64,000 bases of DNA, taken from assembly GCA_002441285.1 (NCBI GenBank), contig DJVR01000045.1, positions 1,144 through 65,143 of the forward strand. The letters are read 5' to 3'. The translations under genes and the position numbers were made by a program. The notes beneath the pieces were generated by a model, which worked only from the letters and a program-made list of their open reading frames with translations, was not told the DNA's origin and made no database searches. Of the stretch, positions 37,740-47,168 are shown piece by piece; position 1 is the first letter of the stretch; every line of letters begins with the position of its first letter. This DNA comes from Candidatus Atribacteria bacterium UBA6251 (GTDB lineage: Bacteria; Atribacterota; Phoenicimicrobiia; Phoenicimicrobiales; Phoenicimicrobiaceae).

Positions 37740-40700
37740 GTTCCATCAATCTCTGGGCAATAACATTTCTTTTGTCAAAAATATTTGAATAGACATAAGG
37801 TGCCTGTTCTTCTCTTACAGATAGTATTTCTCCTTTACCCGTTTTATCAGTCTTTCCATATTTACCCAGCAGATGGGATATTATATATGCCTTGAGCTTC
37901 TTTTGTTTTGAATTGCTCTCCCAAAAGCCAACCACCTGAATCTCCCTACTTATAATTTCTATTATATCCCTTGTTAATTCAACCAAATGATTAATCTCCT
38001 TTTCACTCATCTCTTGGATAGAAATTTTTCCATATATTTCTTGCTTTAAAAGTCCAAAAAACGGCATCTCTTTCTTGGGGTCAAATCCAAAGATTTGTTC
38101 AGCTTCTCTTCCCTTTTTCAGTGATTCTCTGATAATTTCAAGTTCTTTTGCAAGAAGTTTCCAATTCTCTTGGTATGCTTCAAGAATCTGTTTCAGTCTA
38201 TCAGAAAATCGCTCGTAAAACTCAGGGTCTTCTTCGTAGTGTTTTCCTATATGCTCCACAATGGCACATTTGAGTTCTTCAGCTTTCGCTTTGTCTGACT
38301 TCTTCTTTAATTTTGTAATAAATTTATCTTCTAAAAGGGGGGTTGGTGGTATTTTAGGATTCACTCCTTTTGAAATAAGATACTCTTCAACAATCTCTCT
38401 TATCTTTTTACTTGCATCCCTTATGCTTAGTTTATCATCTCTGTATCTACTTCTCGCCGATTCCGCTATAAAACTAAGAACCTTTAAATCAGTAACATAT
38501 TTTAATACCTTTGGGTCGGGGAGCACAGTATCTATTGCTTTATTAAATTTTCTTACAAGCATGATGAATTCATTTCTTACTTCTTCATCAACCAAAAGGT
38601 CTATGCATTCGTCTATATTATCCCTCCAGTTTTCTATTTTATATCTCTTAAAGAAATCATTGATAAGATTGTGTTTGAATTTTAATTCATCAATACTTTT
38701 GGCTTTGTTTTTGACAACTTGTGTGATCTCCTCTATATCCTCATCAGCATAAATAGCAAGAGCCTCTCTTAAATGCTTTAAGACTCCAACATAATCTACG
38801 ACAAAACCACAAGATTTGTTTTTGTAAACTCTGTTCACCCTTGCAATTGCCTGCAACAGATTATGTTCTTTTATCACATTATCTAAATACATAACTTGTT
38901 CAATTGGTGCATCAAAACCAGTAATCAGCATGCTCTGAACAACCAAAATACCAACCTCACCTGAGATACCGCCATCGTCAGTTTTATCAAAAGGAAGCTT
39001 GAAACTTTTTATTATCCTTTCCTGCTTGTTTTCGTCTGTATAAGGGTGATATTCAGGTGGATCGTTTGCCAGTCCTGATATAACTACACCAACTTTTAAT
39101 TTCTCAAGTTGAGATACATCTATCCTGTTTGCGTTGTCTTTTCTTAACCCTTCTATTTTTTTCTTTAATGCATTTTCAAGGGCTTCTTTATATCTAATAG
39201 CCGCAAGTCTTGAGGCAGTTACTACCTGAGCCTTAAATCCATTTGGAAAAACATGAGTGACATAGTGCTCTATCATATCATTTGCCTTATCTCTTATCAC
39301 ATTTATATCTTCCAGATATGCACACCATGTGTATCTTCCTATAATTTTTGCTTTCTCTTCTGCCTCAACTATTGAGAAGACTTCTTCAAACTTTGCATTT
39401 GCTGCCTCTTCATCGGAAAGCTCTGCACCATGAACTCTTCCTTCATAAACAATGTCAACCGTTACACCATCTTCAACCGATTGTTTTATATTGTATTTGT
39501 CTATATACTCACCGAAGGTCATTTCAGTTTTCGCAATTGGTGTACCTGTGAACGCAACTTTTACAGCATTGGGCAGGGCTTTTTTCAAATTTGCCCCTAA
39601 TAGTTTATACTGAGTCCTATGGGCTTCATCAATCATAATAAGAATGTTGTGCGAGGTATTAAGCACAGGGAACTCTCTTTCAAGTTCTCTCTCCTGATAC
39701 TTGTGAATCATGCCCATAACCAGGTCTGGAGTATTTGTTCTCAAAAGTTCCTGAAGTTCTCTTATACTTCCTGCAAGATTTACAGTGAAACCTACACTTT
39801 TTGATGTTTCATTTAATTGCTTCTGCAAGTCTTTTCTATCTGTTACAAAAACCACCTTGAAGTTGCTGAGTTCAGGGTTGTGGTAGAGTTCCCTCACAGC
39901 ATACATCATTGTTAAAGATTTTCCGGAGCCCTGAGTATGCCAGATAATCCCCCCTTTTTCTTCTGGAGTGCTTCCTTCTTTTATCTTCTTTACCATCTTC
40001 TTAACAGCCCTGAACTGCTGGTATCTTGGTACAACTTTGATAACACCAGCCTTGGGGTCTTCTTTAAAGATTGTAAAGTTGTGAAGTATATCAAGAAGAT
40101 TCTCCTTTGTTAATACTCCCTGCGTTAATACCTGCTGGCTTGTTATGTTTTTATCTGGAGTTATATCCGAGAGTTTATAAGGATAAGGGTCTTTCCACTC
40201 AACAAAATGCTCATATTCTGTGGTTATAGTGCCATATTTTGCCACCTGGTTTGAAGTAGCAATCATAAAGAAGTTATACCAGAAGAGTTTTTCATCCCCT
40301 TCCTTTACCCCTCTTCTATTGGAATACCTCATAAGCTGAGTAATCGCTTCTCCAATGGGGTCTGCAATGGCTGGAGATTTACATTCCACAGCCACTAATG
40401 GCAAGCCATTTACGAATAAAACAACGTCTGGAACTATATGTTTCTCCGTTCCTGAAACATTTACTTTAAACTGAGATATGGCAACAAAGGAGTTATTTTC
40501 AGGATTTCTGAAGTCTATAAATCTAACCGTTGGACTTTTCTCTCCTGTCTTACGGTTTTCTGAGACAGAAGTATTTTCAAGAAGTAAATCATGAATCTCA
40601 TGGTTTGCCTCTAAAAGAGAGTTTGCTTGAGGTGTTGTTACTCTTCGGACAACCTCATTTATCTGGTCATCTTCAATCCATGGATTTATCTTTTTGATTG

Positions 40701-40917
40701 ATTGTCTTAAAACATTTTCAAGAATCACTTCTCTAAAACTTTCACGGAATTTTATGCTTTCGCCAAAAATAGGCTCTTCTTTACTATCAAAACCTTCAAT
40801 CTCTTTTACATCTTCAGTGTCTGCTTTATTCTGCCTGTAAATTTTCCAGCCAAGTTTTTGAAGATGGGCAAGAAAGGGATTTTCAGCGTAATGTTCTTCA
40901 TCAAGCAGTGTGAACAT
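37714..40917 (-). CDS. hsdR: type I restriction enzyme R subunit
   Basis: 1067 aa with HsdR N-terminal nuclease features (VVLFVNGLPLVAVECK), SF2 motifs (WHTQGSGKSLTM, MIDEAHRTQ) and a C-terminal helical domain. Confidence 0.9.
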   Translation of the reverse strand: MFTLLDEEHYAENPFLAHLQKLGWKIYRQNKADTEDVKEIEGFDSKEEPIFGESIKFRESFREVILENVLRQSIKKINPWIEDDQINEVVRRVTTPQANSLLEANHEIHDLLLENTSVSENRKTGEKSPTVRFIDFRNPENNSFVAISQFKVNVSGTEKHIVPDVVLFVNGLPLVAVECKSPAIADPIGEAITQLMRYSNRRGVKEGDEKLFWYNFFMIATSNQVAKYGTITTEYEHFVEWKDPYPYKLSDITPDKNITSQQVLTQGVLTKENLLDILHNFTIFKEDPKAGVIKVVPRYQQFRAVKKMVKKIKEGSTPEEKGGIIWHTQGSGKSLTMMYAVRELYHNPELSNFKVVFVTDRKDLQKQLNETSKSVGFTVNLAGSIRELQELLRTNTPDLVMGMIHKYQERELEREFPVLNTSHNILIMIDEAHRTQYKLLGANLKKALPNAVKVAFTGTPIAKTEMTFGEYIDKYNIKQSVEDGVTVDIVYEGRVHGAELSDEEAANAKFEEVFSIVEAEEKAKIIGRYTWCAYLEDINVIRDKANDMIEHYVTHVFPNGFKAQVVTASRLAAIRYKEALENALKKKIEGLRKDNANRIDVSQLEKLKVGVVISGLANDPPEYHPYTDENKQERIIKSFKLPFDKTDDGGISGEVGILVVQSMLITGFDAPIEQVMYLDNVIKEHNLLQAIARVNRVYKNKSCGFVVDYVGVLKHLREALAIYADEDIEEITQVVKNKAKSIDELKFKHNLINDFFKRYKIENWRDNIDECIDLLVDEEVRNEFIMLVRKFNKAIDTVLPDPKVLKYVTDLKVLSFIAESARSRYRDDKLSIRDASKKIREIVEEYLISKGVNPKIPPTPLLEDKFITKLKKKSDKAKAEELKCAIVEHIGKHYEEDPEFYERFSDRLKQILEAYQENWKLLAKELEIIRESLKKGREAEQIFGFDPKKEMPFFGLLKQEIYGKISIQEMSEKEINHLVELTRDIIEIISREIQVVGFWESNSKQKKLKAYIISHLLGKYGKTDKTGKGEILSVREEQAPYVYSNIFDKRNVIAQRLMELAGHIYRR

Positions 40918-42256
40918 TTTCTTCTACCTCGTTTATTAAATGATTAACTCTAACTTTGCCAGTAAGCAAATCCTCCATAAGCCCTTGCTTTAATCTCTCA
41001 AGTTTTTCCTTGTATTTTTGTTCTTTTTCTATGGTTTCGTCAATTTGCGAGAGAATTTCAGCAATGAGTTGTTGTTCGGGGAGGGAGGGGAGAAGTATTA
41101 ATAAATATTTTAATTTTGAAGCATTGAATCCTTCTTGAGCACTTCCAGATAAGTTCGTAAAGATTTGTGTCCAATAATAATAGGAATTGAAAAAATATCC
41201 TAAAAATTGCGGATTAACAATATTATTATTTGTTCTAATTCGTATAAGATAAGATGCAAAGATGGAATTTGGCGGATTTTTAATTATATAACTTTTGCCT
41301 GTTGTGGCTCCCGTTCTTGAAAACACTATATCACCATCTTCTAATTTGTATTTCACAATTAACTTTTCATTTATTTTACAGAAAGGGACTAAATCCCAAT
41401 TAACATTATTATCTTGTATATCAGTAATACGTAAAAATTTTGGTCCTAACTCTTTATTTATTGCGGATGAAGTATATCCGTATTGGATAGAATTTACTAT
41501 ATTCTTTCCCAATCTCACAACTCCCCACTCCTCCGGTATTCTTCCAAGTGGTGAATCTTTGAATTTGTGTGTTTTTTCGCTCCTTATGTTCCAGTTTTCA
41601 TCTACGCCCTTGGTCATTAAATCCTGCATCAAGCCCTGTTTTATGCGTTTATATTTTTCTATGATTTTGTCTGTCTTTTCTATAGCATTGTCAACGGTCT
41701 CAAGTATTTCGGCAATTTTGCGCTGTTCGGGGAGGGGAGGATAATTTAACTCAAAATCTAATATATCCATATCATTAACGCTTGGATATGTAGTACCTGT
41801 CTCTCTCTTTCCCAAATGATCTAAAAATACCTTCCTTGATAGAGAATAAAATAAGAAGTTATTGTTCTGTGAATTTAATACCAATAGCGCAGGACTAACA
41901 TAAAGAACCTCTTCTTTAATTTTAGAAATTGCCCCACGCGTTGGTCTAACTTTTGATATTACAATATTTCCTGTTTTAGCCTTCAAGCAATGCTCCGGTG
42001 CAGTTTTTTCTTTTATAGTATATTTTTTGGAACAAATATCTATATCTCCAATTTCTAAATAAGGATAAGATTTCTTTTTAGAAATACTTTTAATAATCTC
42101 ACAAACCTCCCCCAACCTTACCCTTCTCCACCCTTCAGGCAGTTTTTCCATCTCATTAACTTTTGCCATTGAAATATCACTAATTAAATTTTTGTGTGAT
42201 GAGTCTTTGAGCCTTTGCGTATTTTCGCTCCTTATCTGTGCGTTTTCATCATTCAT
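40901..42256 (-). CDS. hsdS: type I R-M specificity subunit
   Basis: 451 aa with two target-recognition halves, each followed by the conserved LPEQ(R/Q)xIAEIL helix. It overlaps hsdR by 17 nt. Confidence 0.9.
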   Translation of the reverse strand: MNDENAQIRSENTQRLKDSSHKNLISDISMAKVNEMEKLPEGWRRVRLGEVCEIIKSISKKKSYPYLEIGDIDICSKKYTIKEKTAPEHCLKAKTGNIVISKVRPTRGAISKIKEEVLYVSPALLVLNSQNNNFLFYSLSRKVFLDHLGKRETGTTYPSVNDMDILDFELNYPPLPEQRKIAEILETVDNAIEKTDKIIEKYKRIKQGLMQDLMTKGVDENWNIRSEKTHKFKDSPLGRIPEEWGVVRLGKNIVNSIQYGYTSSAINKELGPKFLRITDIQDNNVNWDLVPFCKINEKLIVKYKLEDGDIVFSRTGATTGKSYIIKNPPNSIFASYLIRIRTNNNIVNPQFLGYFFNSYYYWTQIFTNLSGSAQEGFNASKLKYLLILLPSLPEQQLIAEILSQIDETIEKEQKYKEKLERLKQGLMEDLLTGKVRVNHLINEVEENVHTA

Positions 42257-42298
42257 AATTCACTCTTCATCATTCCTTTGCATAACATGACATAAATT

Positions 42299-42347
42299 GT
42301 CCCCTTTATGTCCCCTTTATGTCCCCTTTGTCCCTTTTGTGTCCCTT
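42299..42347. repeat. degenerate ~11-bp tandem repeat (GTCCCCTTTAT-type, about 5 units)
   Basis: GTCCC restarts at 42299, 42310, 42321, 42330 and 42341. The tract spans the 3' end of the AlbA_2 gene and lies 43-91 nt upstream of the hsdS start. Confidence 0.8.
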
Positions 42348-43688
42348 AAGAACATAAAAAGTGCCTTTTCCTGTTGTTCCTTGTTTTATCAATAACCCTA
42401 TATTAACTAACTCCGTTAAATCTCTGCTTGCTGTTTTTTTAGTGGTTACATTTATTTCCTGATACTCCCTATTCGTTATCTTCCCTTTCTCCTTCACATA
42501 CATAACCGCCTTAATCTGCCTCTCATTAAGCCCCAGTTTTTGTAGATACTCCTCCGTATAGACATTTTTCAAAAATACCAGTGTAAATTCTGTATGGTTT
42601 GCCTCAATTTTAAATTCTGGAAGTCCCGCCTCTTTTAAGGTCTTCATCATCCTCTCAATCCCCGAGCCAACGCTTTCAACAACACCCGCAAGATAGAATA
42701 TATTGAAAATCGTTGGATTTCTCGGAATGGATGTATGGGAAGTCAGTAGTTTTTCAGTAACCCAGTCTTCAGGCAATCCTCCAACATTGTAAAACAATAT
42801 CCTGTCGTCATAGACCTTTATCTGCACGTTGATTGGCCTCAAATAATCCCTGTGGAGCAGGGCATTGGCGATAGCTTCCCTGATTGCTTCCAGTGGATAG
42901 TCCCAGATGTCCTCTCTCTCAAAACCCTTAATCTCATATCGTACATTTATGAAGTTTTTAATCGCTTCCTCTGTTTCTCTAAATTGATTGAATAAATTTC
43001 CCTCTATCCACCTGTCCCCGATAATCGTAATATCATCCTTTAATCGGACAACGCGAACCCTTGCATAATCAAAGTATTTTTGTGGATTCTTTCCGAATAA
43101 AAGCATGCCTGCGTTGTTGATTTTGCCGTTTTCCGTAAGCCCTAACTTCTCAAAAACTTCTTCTATCGGCTCATCAACATTAAAGACAGCCAATCGTCCA
43201 TTTGCTCTGGCAGTTCGCAAAAAATTTCTGACACTATGCACATCAATCTCATCAATCTTAAAATCTCTCTCTGAAAGGCGTTCCCAACGTATGTCTCTTT
43301 GAAAAAACCTCTTAAGTTCTTCAAAGTTCATTTGTCTTGTTGTATTTCCTACTCGTTTATAATACCTACCCTCAAAAGAAATAGGGATTTCAGATTTTAT
43401 TACATCAATTTTTAAAATAGATTTTCCATCTACTTCAAAAATCTCAAAATTGGGAGCAATACCAAGTTTATTTACAACACCATTGATGATATTCTGATAA
43501 GTTTTATCATCAATTTCTATTCCATTTATCTCACCCTTATCACCCACTCCTACAATAATTACACCACCATAAGAGTTTGCAAATGCAGATATAGTTTTAA
43601 AAATACTTTCGTTGAAAACTTCTTTAAACTCTAATTTATTGCTTTCTCCACTTTTACCCAATTTAAGAAAATCAGTTTTCTTTATCAT
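42306..43688 (-). CDS. AlbA_2 (Schlafen-like) DNA-binding plus ATPase-like plus wHTH protein (COG2865-type)
   Basis: 460 aa beginning ESNKLEFKEVFNESIFKTISAFANSYGGVIIVGV (AlbA_2), with a C-terminal wHTH (ITNREYQEINVTTKKTASRDLTELV). This is a common insert in type I R-M operons. Confidence 0.7.
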   Translation of the reverse strand: MIKKTDFLKLGKSGESNKLEFKEVFNESIFKTISAFANSYGGVIIVGVGDKGEINGIEIDDKTYQNIINGVVNKLGIAPNFEIFEVDGKSILKIDVIKSEIPISFEGRYYKRVGNTTRQMNFEELKRFFQRDIRWERLSERDFKIDEIDVHSVRNFLRTARANGRLAVFNVDEPIEEVFEKLGLTENGKINNAGMLLFGKNPQKYFDYARVRVVRLKDDITIIGDRWIEGNLFNQFRETEEAIKNFINVRYEIKGFEREDIWDYPLEAIREAIANALLHRDYLRPINVQIKVYDDRILFYNVGGLPEDWVTEKLLTSHTSIPRNPTIFNIFYLAGVVESVGSGIERMMKTLKEAGLPEFKIEANHTEFTLVFLKNVYTEEYLQKLGLNERQIKAVMYVKEKGKITNREYQEINVTTKKTASRDLTELVNIGLLIKQGTTGKGTFYVLKGHKRDKGDIKGT

Positions 43689-43724
43689 ATCACCACCAAA
43701 AATTCACCATTCATAAGTCATAAT

Positions 43725-46208
43725 TCATAATTCATAATTATTATTGTATCCCAATTTCATCAAAAACTCATCCAGCTTTTTGACTTCCTCATCTCTCTCT
43801 CGTTTTAGTTCACTTAATGAAATCTTATACTTATCCCAGAGATTTTCGAAAATCTTTATAACTTCCTTTTTCTCAGCATTCAAATATTTGTTTAGTTGCT
43901 CATCAATGAGTTGATAAAACTTTTTAAGCAGCAATTCCTTTGACTCCTGCTCAGTCAATGTTTCTTTTTTCTCTATTATTTTGTCTTCTAATTCTTTCTG
44001 TTTATTGCCAATTTCTTTCTTGAATTTTTTCAGTTCTTTCTCTTTACTTTCGATCCTAAAAATCAAATCTTGCCATTTTTTAGCTTCCTTTAAGGCTGAG
44101 TCGCTTTGGCTTGTTCTTAAATCCCTGACCACGTCCTCCAAGTATTTCTTTACCTTGTTTGCTGTTTTATTACCCAGTTCTTCCTCATCCCAATCTTCTA
44201 CTTCCTCAAGAATTTCATTTAATTCACCTTCAACCTCTGCATCCTTGCTTTCCTGTTCTTCAATACTCTCTATTTCTTTGTTAAAAAATTCTTTTTTTAT
44301 CATTTCATCATCTATGAGGTTTTTACTCCAACCAACAGAAACTATACTTTTAAAATCATATATTAGCTCCTCCCACCAGTTTGCGAATATGCCAGATATT
44401 TTAAATTCATCAAGCACGTCAAACGGTAAGAGTTCATCCTTTAACTTTTTCACAGCATCATTTCTAAAAATCCATAGATTGTTGTTACCGTAAAATCTTT
44501 CAACCTCAGGCTTTACCTCATTCCACCAATCCAATAATTTTTGTTTATGCTCTAAAACTTTAGCTTTTAGCTTCTCATCATCTTCAATAATCTCCTTAAT
44601 CTGGTTCTTATCACTAACATTTTCTTTAAACTCAAGATATTTCTCATACTTTTCTTTCAAAAAAATTTCTGGCAAGATTCCAAATTTTAACAATTGTTTT
44701 TCGTAAAGTTTAACTTCTCTTTTTGGCACACCACCAACAATATGCGCAGAAACATCTTCAATCTCGGGTTCTGGTGAATTATCCACATACCTGCGAATGT
44801 TCAGGTTAAAATCATTTTCTTTAATTTCCTTAATATCAACACATCTTGAATATTTTGGTATCTCTAACTTATTCTCAAACACAGTGGTGATTTTCTCAAT
44901 ATCTTCAGGTCTCAAATAGTTTTGATTTCGTCCCTCACCGTATTCCCTATCCGCATTGATGAATAAAATCTTGTTTTTCAAGTTTTCCGGTTTTTTATTC
45001 TTTTTGATAACAATCACACAGGCGGGAATACCTACATTATAAAAGAGTTTGGCGGGTAAACCGATAATAGCCTCAATAATGTCATCCTTAACCATTCCTT
45101 CTCTTATGACTTTCTCCTGACCGCCCCTGAATAAAACACCGTGAGGCATAACGGTTGCCATAATGCCACCATTTTTAAGGCTGGCAACCATATGTTGCAA
45201 AAACATTAAATCGGCTTTCTTACCTGTTTCTGGGGTAAAACCATACTTGAATCTTGCAGGAAACTGCATGTTAGTGCGCGTATAATTCTGTGAAAATGGA
45301 GGATTGGCTAAAACCCTATCGAATTGCTTGACATAACCATTTTCTAAAAACATGGGATTGGTTAAAGTATCTTCATTTTCTATATGTGCGTCTGGAATAT
45401 TATGAAGAATCATATTCATTTTGCATATTGACCAGGTCAGACCATTAAGTTCTTGTCCGTAAAGGGCTATATTTTGGGGATTTTGTCCAAGTTCTTCTAT
45501 ATATTGCTGCGCTTCAATAAGAAAACCACCAGAACCGACTGTAGGGTCATAAATTGTCATGTCTTTCTGTGGTTTTATAATTCTGACCATCAATTTCTTT
45601 ACAAAAGCAGGAGTATAAAACTCGCCACCTTTTTTCCCTGCGGAGTCAGCAAATTGTTTAAGTAGATATTCATAGGCAGCGCCAAGCAAGTCAGGAAACT
45701 CAAAGTCTTCATTTGTGAGCCTATATTTATTAAAATGGTGAATCAGGTCAATGAGTTGTTGGTCTTTAAGACGGGTCTTACCTTTTAAAGCATTAAAGTC
45801 AATGTGCTTTAAGACACCATCAAGTTCGGGGTTTTGTTCTTCTACTGCTGCAAGTGCCTTATTTAATTGATTACCGACATCTTCCTTTAAATTAAGAATA
45901 TTTTCCCATCTTGCTCTATGAGGAACAAAGAATGTATCGCCGTATGAATTGGGGTCTTCCAAAAATTCATTAAGCCGATCATTTGAAAGGTGTCTAAATC
46001 TTGCTTTTAATTCCTGCCTTCTCAGTTCAAAAACATCTGAAACACGCTTTAAAAAAAGCATCCCAAAGATGTATTCCTTATATTCAGAAGCATCCATCTT
46101 TCCTCTAAGAATGTCCGCGGCTTTAAACAGATGTGTCTCAAGCTGTCTTAAGGTTATCTTTCTGTTATTCATACTATAATTTCCTCCCCCTATGCAGTTA
46201 TCCTCCAA
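43725..46208 (-). CDS. hsdM: type I R-M DNA methyltransferase M subunit with long C-terminal E/K-rich extension
   Basis: 827-aa ORF whose likely start is the [12 protein letters not shown] Met at 46172. Motif I is [14 protein letters not shown] and motif IV is LANPPFSQ. The final ~300 aa are coiled-coil-like. Confidence 0.9.
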   Translation of the reverse strand: MEDNCIGGGNYSMNNRKITLRQLETHLFKAADILRGKMDASEYKEYIFGMLFLKRVSDVFELRRQELKARFRHLSNDRLNEFLEDPNSYGDTFFVPHRARWENILNLKEDVGNQLNKALAAVEEQNPELDGVLKHIDFNALKGKTRLKDQQLIDLIHHFNKYRLTNEDFEFPDLLGAAYEYLLKQFADSAGKKGGEFYTPAFVKKLMVRIIKPQKDMTIYDPTVGSGGFLIEAQQYIEELGQNPQNIALYGQELNGLTWSICKMNMILHNIPDAHIENEDTLTNPMFLENGYVKQFDRVLANPPFSQNYTRTNMQFPARFKYGFTPETGKKADLMFLQHMVASLKNGGIMATVMPHGVLFRGGQEKVIREGMVKDDIIEAIIGLPAKLFYNVGIPACVIVIKKNKKPENLKNKILFINADREYGEGRNQNYLRPEDIEKITTVFENKLEIPKYSRCVDIKEIKENDFNLNIRRYVDNSPEPEIEDVSAHIVGGVPKREVKLYEKQLLKFGILPEIFLKEKYEKYLEFKENVSDKNQIKEIIEDDEKLKAKVLEHKQKLLDWWNEVKPEVERFYGNNNLWIFRNDAVKKLKDELLPFDVLDEFKISGIFANWWEELIYDFKSIVSVGWSKNLIDDEMIKKEFFNKEIESIEEQESKDAEVEGELNEILEEVEDWDEEELGNKTANKVKKYLEDVVRDLRTSQSDSALKEAKKWQDLIFRIESKEKELKKFKKEIGNKQKELEDKIIEKKETLTEQESKELLLKKFYQLIDEQLNKYLNAEKKEVIKIFENLWDKYKISLSELKRERDEEVKKLDEFLMKLGYNNNYEL

Positions 46209-46240
46209 TTCTAAAATCTTTTGACAGCGGGCTTAGGCAT

Positions 46241-46354
46241 TTCCTATAACGTCCCGTGCATATATGTCGTTTTCACCATAGCGACAGCGTAGGTGAAAAT
46301 GTGGCAAAGCTCAAGCCCGTACTCAAGAGCAGCATATATGCGCTGTTATAGGAA
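46241..46354. repeat. attC-like structured repeat, copy A
   Basis: TTCCTATAAC-GTCCCGT-GCATATATG ... CATATATGC-GCT-GTTATAGGAA. This gives a perfect 10-bp outer box and a perfect 9-bp inner box around an asymmetric bubble (7 vs 3 nt), with an internal TTTTCACC/GGTGAAAA hairpin. Confidence 0.55.
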
Positions 46355-46594
46355 GTGCGGGCATGATTTAGCAAATTTCGGCACGGCTGCCGTATTATTT
46401 TTGCTCATTCTTTTCTGTAATATCATACTGATGATAGCAAAAATAAAAAATAATAGGCCAAACCATACATGTAAATGCACTATTAATTGGTTTTTTGGGC
46501 TTGTGCCTAAAATATAATTGATAAAAAGTGGAATTGTTGTCACTAAAGTTACAAGAAATGCTAAAATTCTACCAATATCAATGATCTTTGGCAT
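46346..46594 (-). CDS. small two-TM membrane protein (82 aa)
   Basis: ATG at 46594 behind a GGAGGT RBS. The product is MPKIIDIGRILAFLVTLVTTIPLF...VWFGLLFFIFAIISMIL. Its 3' end runs into repeat A. Confidence 0.4.
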   Translation of the reverse strand: MPKIIDIGRILAFLVTLVTTIPLFINYILGTSPKNQLIVHLHVWFGLLFFIFAIISMILQKRMSKNNTAAVPKFAKSCPHFL

Positions 46595-46617
46595 TTCTTT
46601 ACCTCCAATTATTAAAA

Positions 46618-46836
46618 TCAACTTACAAAAATTGTTTTTTTATCTGGTTTAGGTGCTCTGATAACCATAAAAACCAGATCCTTTTTACTTTCATTATACC
46701 AACAATTAAGGATGCCCTTTGGGCTTTCAACCAAAGTATTTTCTTTTACATTTAATTTTTCACCTCCTATTTGTACTATAACCTTCTCCTTTCAAAACAT
46801 AAAACGCAACATCAACAGGAGGTAATATGTTTTTTT
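46618..46836 (-). pseudogene. cupin-fold gene remnant (frameshifted, N-terminally truncated)
   Basis: One frame reads ...DVAFYVLKGEG. The adjacent frame reads KVIVQIGGEKLNVKENTLVESPKGILNCWYNESKKDLVFMVIRAPKP*. Removing one base would join them into a typical cupin beta-barrel sequence. Confidence 0.35.
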
Positions 46837-47055
46837 AGTAGCTGGCCGAACAAGAGCTTAATTATTGTAATCATTACATTTTTAGTATCATATAAATTTC
46901 TTGCATCAACATTATGTGCCGTTTCCATAATTGGAGTTTCTTATAGTTTTTAGTTTGAATCATCCTATAATTCCTCCTTTTAAATTATCTTCTCCTGCCA
47001 AAATATAACAAATTGTTTCTAGCCAATCAAGGATGTCGGCATATTTCTATATCTT

Positions 47056-47149
47056 TGGCCTGCATTTCCGATAATGTCTTCAGCATATACGAAGTTTCGG
47101 CATAGCCGAAATTTGGGTGAGGGCGTACGCCCGAACCGTATGTCCGCTG
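47056..47149. repeat. attC-like structured repeat, copy B (more decayed)
   Basis: TTCCGATAAT-GTCTTCA-GCATATACG ... CGTATGTCC-GCT-GTTATGTACA. It aligns with copy A, has internal hairpins TTTCGGC/GCCGAAA and GGGCG/CGCCC, and lies directly 3' of the 587-aa gene. Confidence 0.45.
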
Positions 47150-47168
47150 TTATGTACAGTGCTCATTA

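Noticed and set aside
38261-38752. Antisense ORFs nested in large genes (also 41295-41744, 43981-44493, 24962-25363, 59158-59490, 59394-59711, 7009-7284, 10752-11021, 2270-2470, 13200-13415 and others)
   Set aside because: They lie opposite well-supported genes and give Ser/Leu/Phe-rich low-complexity products typical of the antisense frame of AT-rich coding DNA. They have no RBS or motif support.
46771-46953. 60-aa plus-strand ORF in the cassette between repeats A and B
   Set aside because: It has no RBS and gives a hydrophobic low-complexity product. The minus strand here carries a better-supported cupin remnant and short RBS-preceded ORFs.
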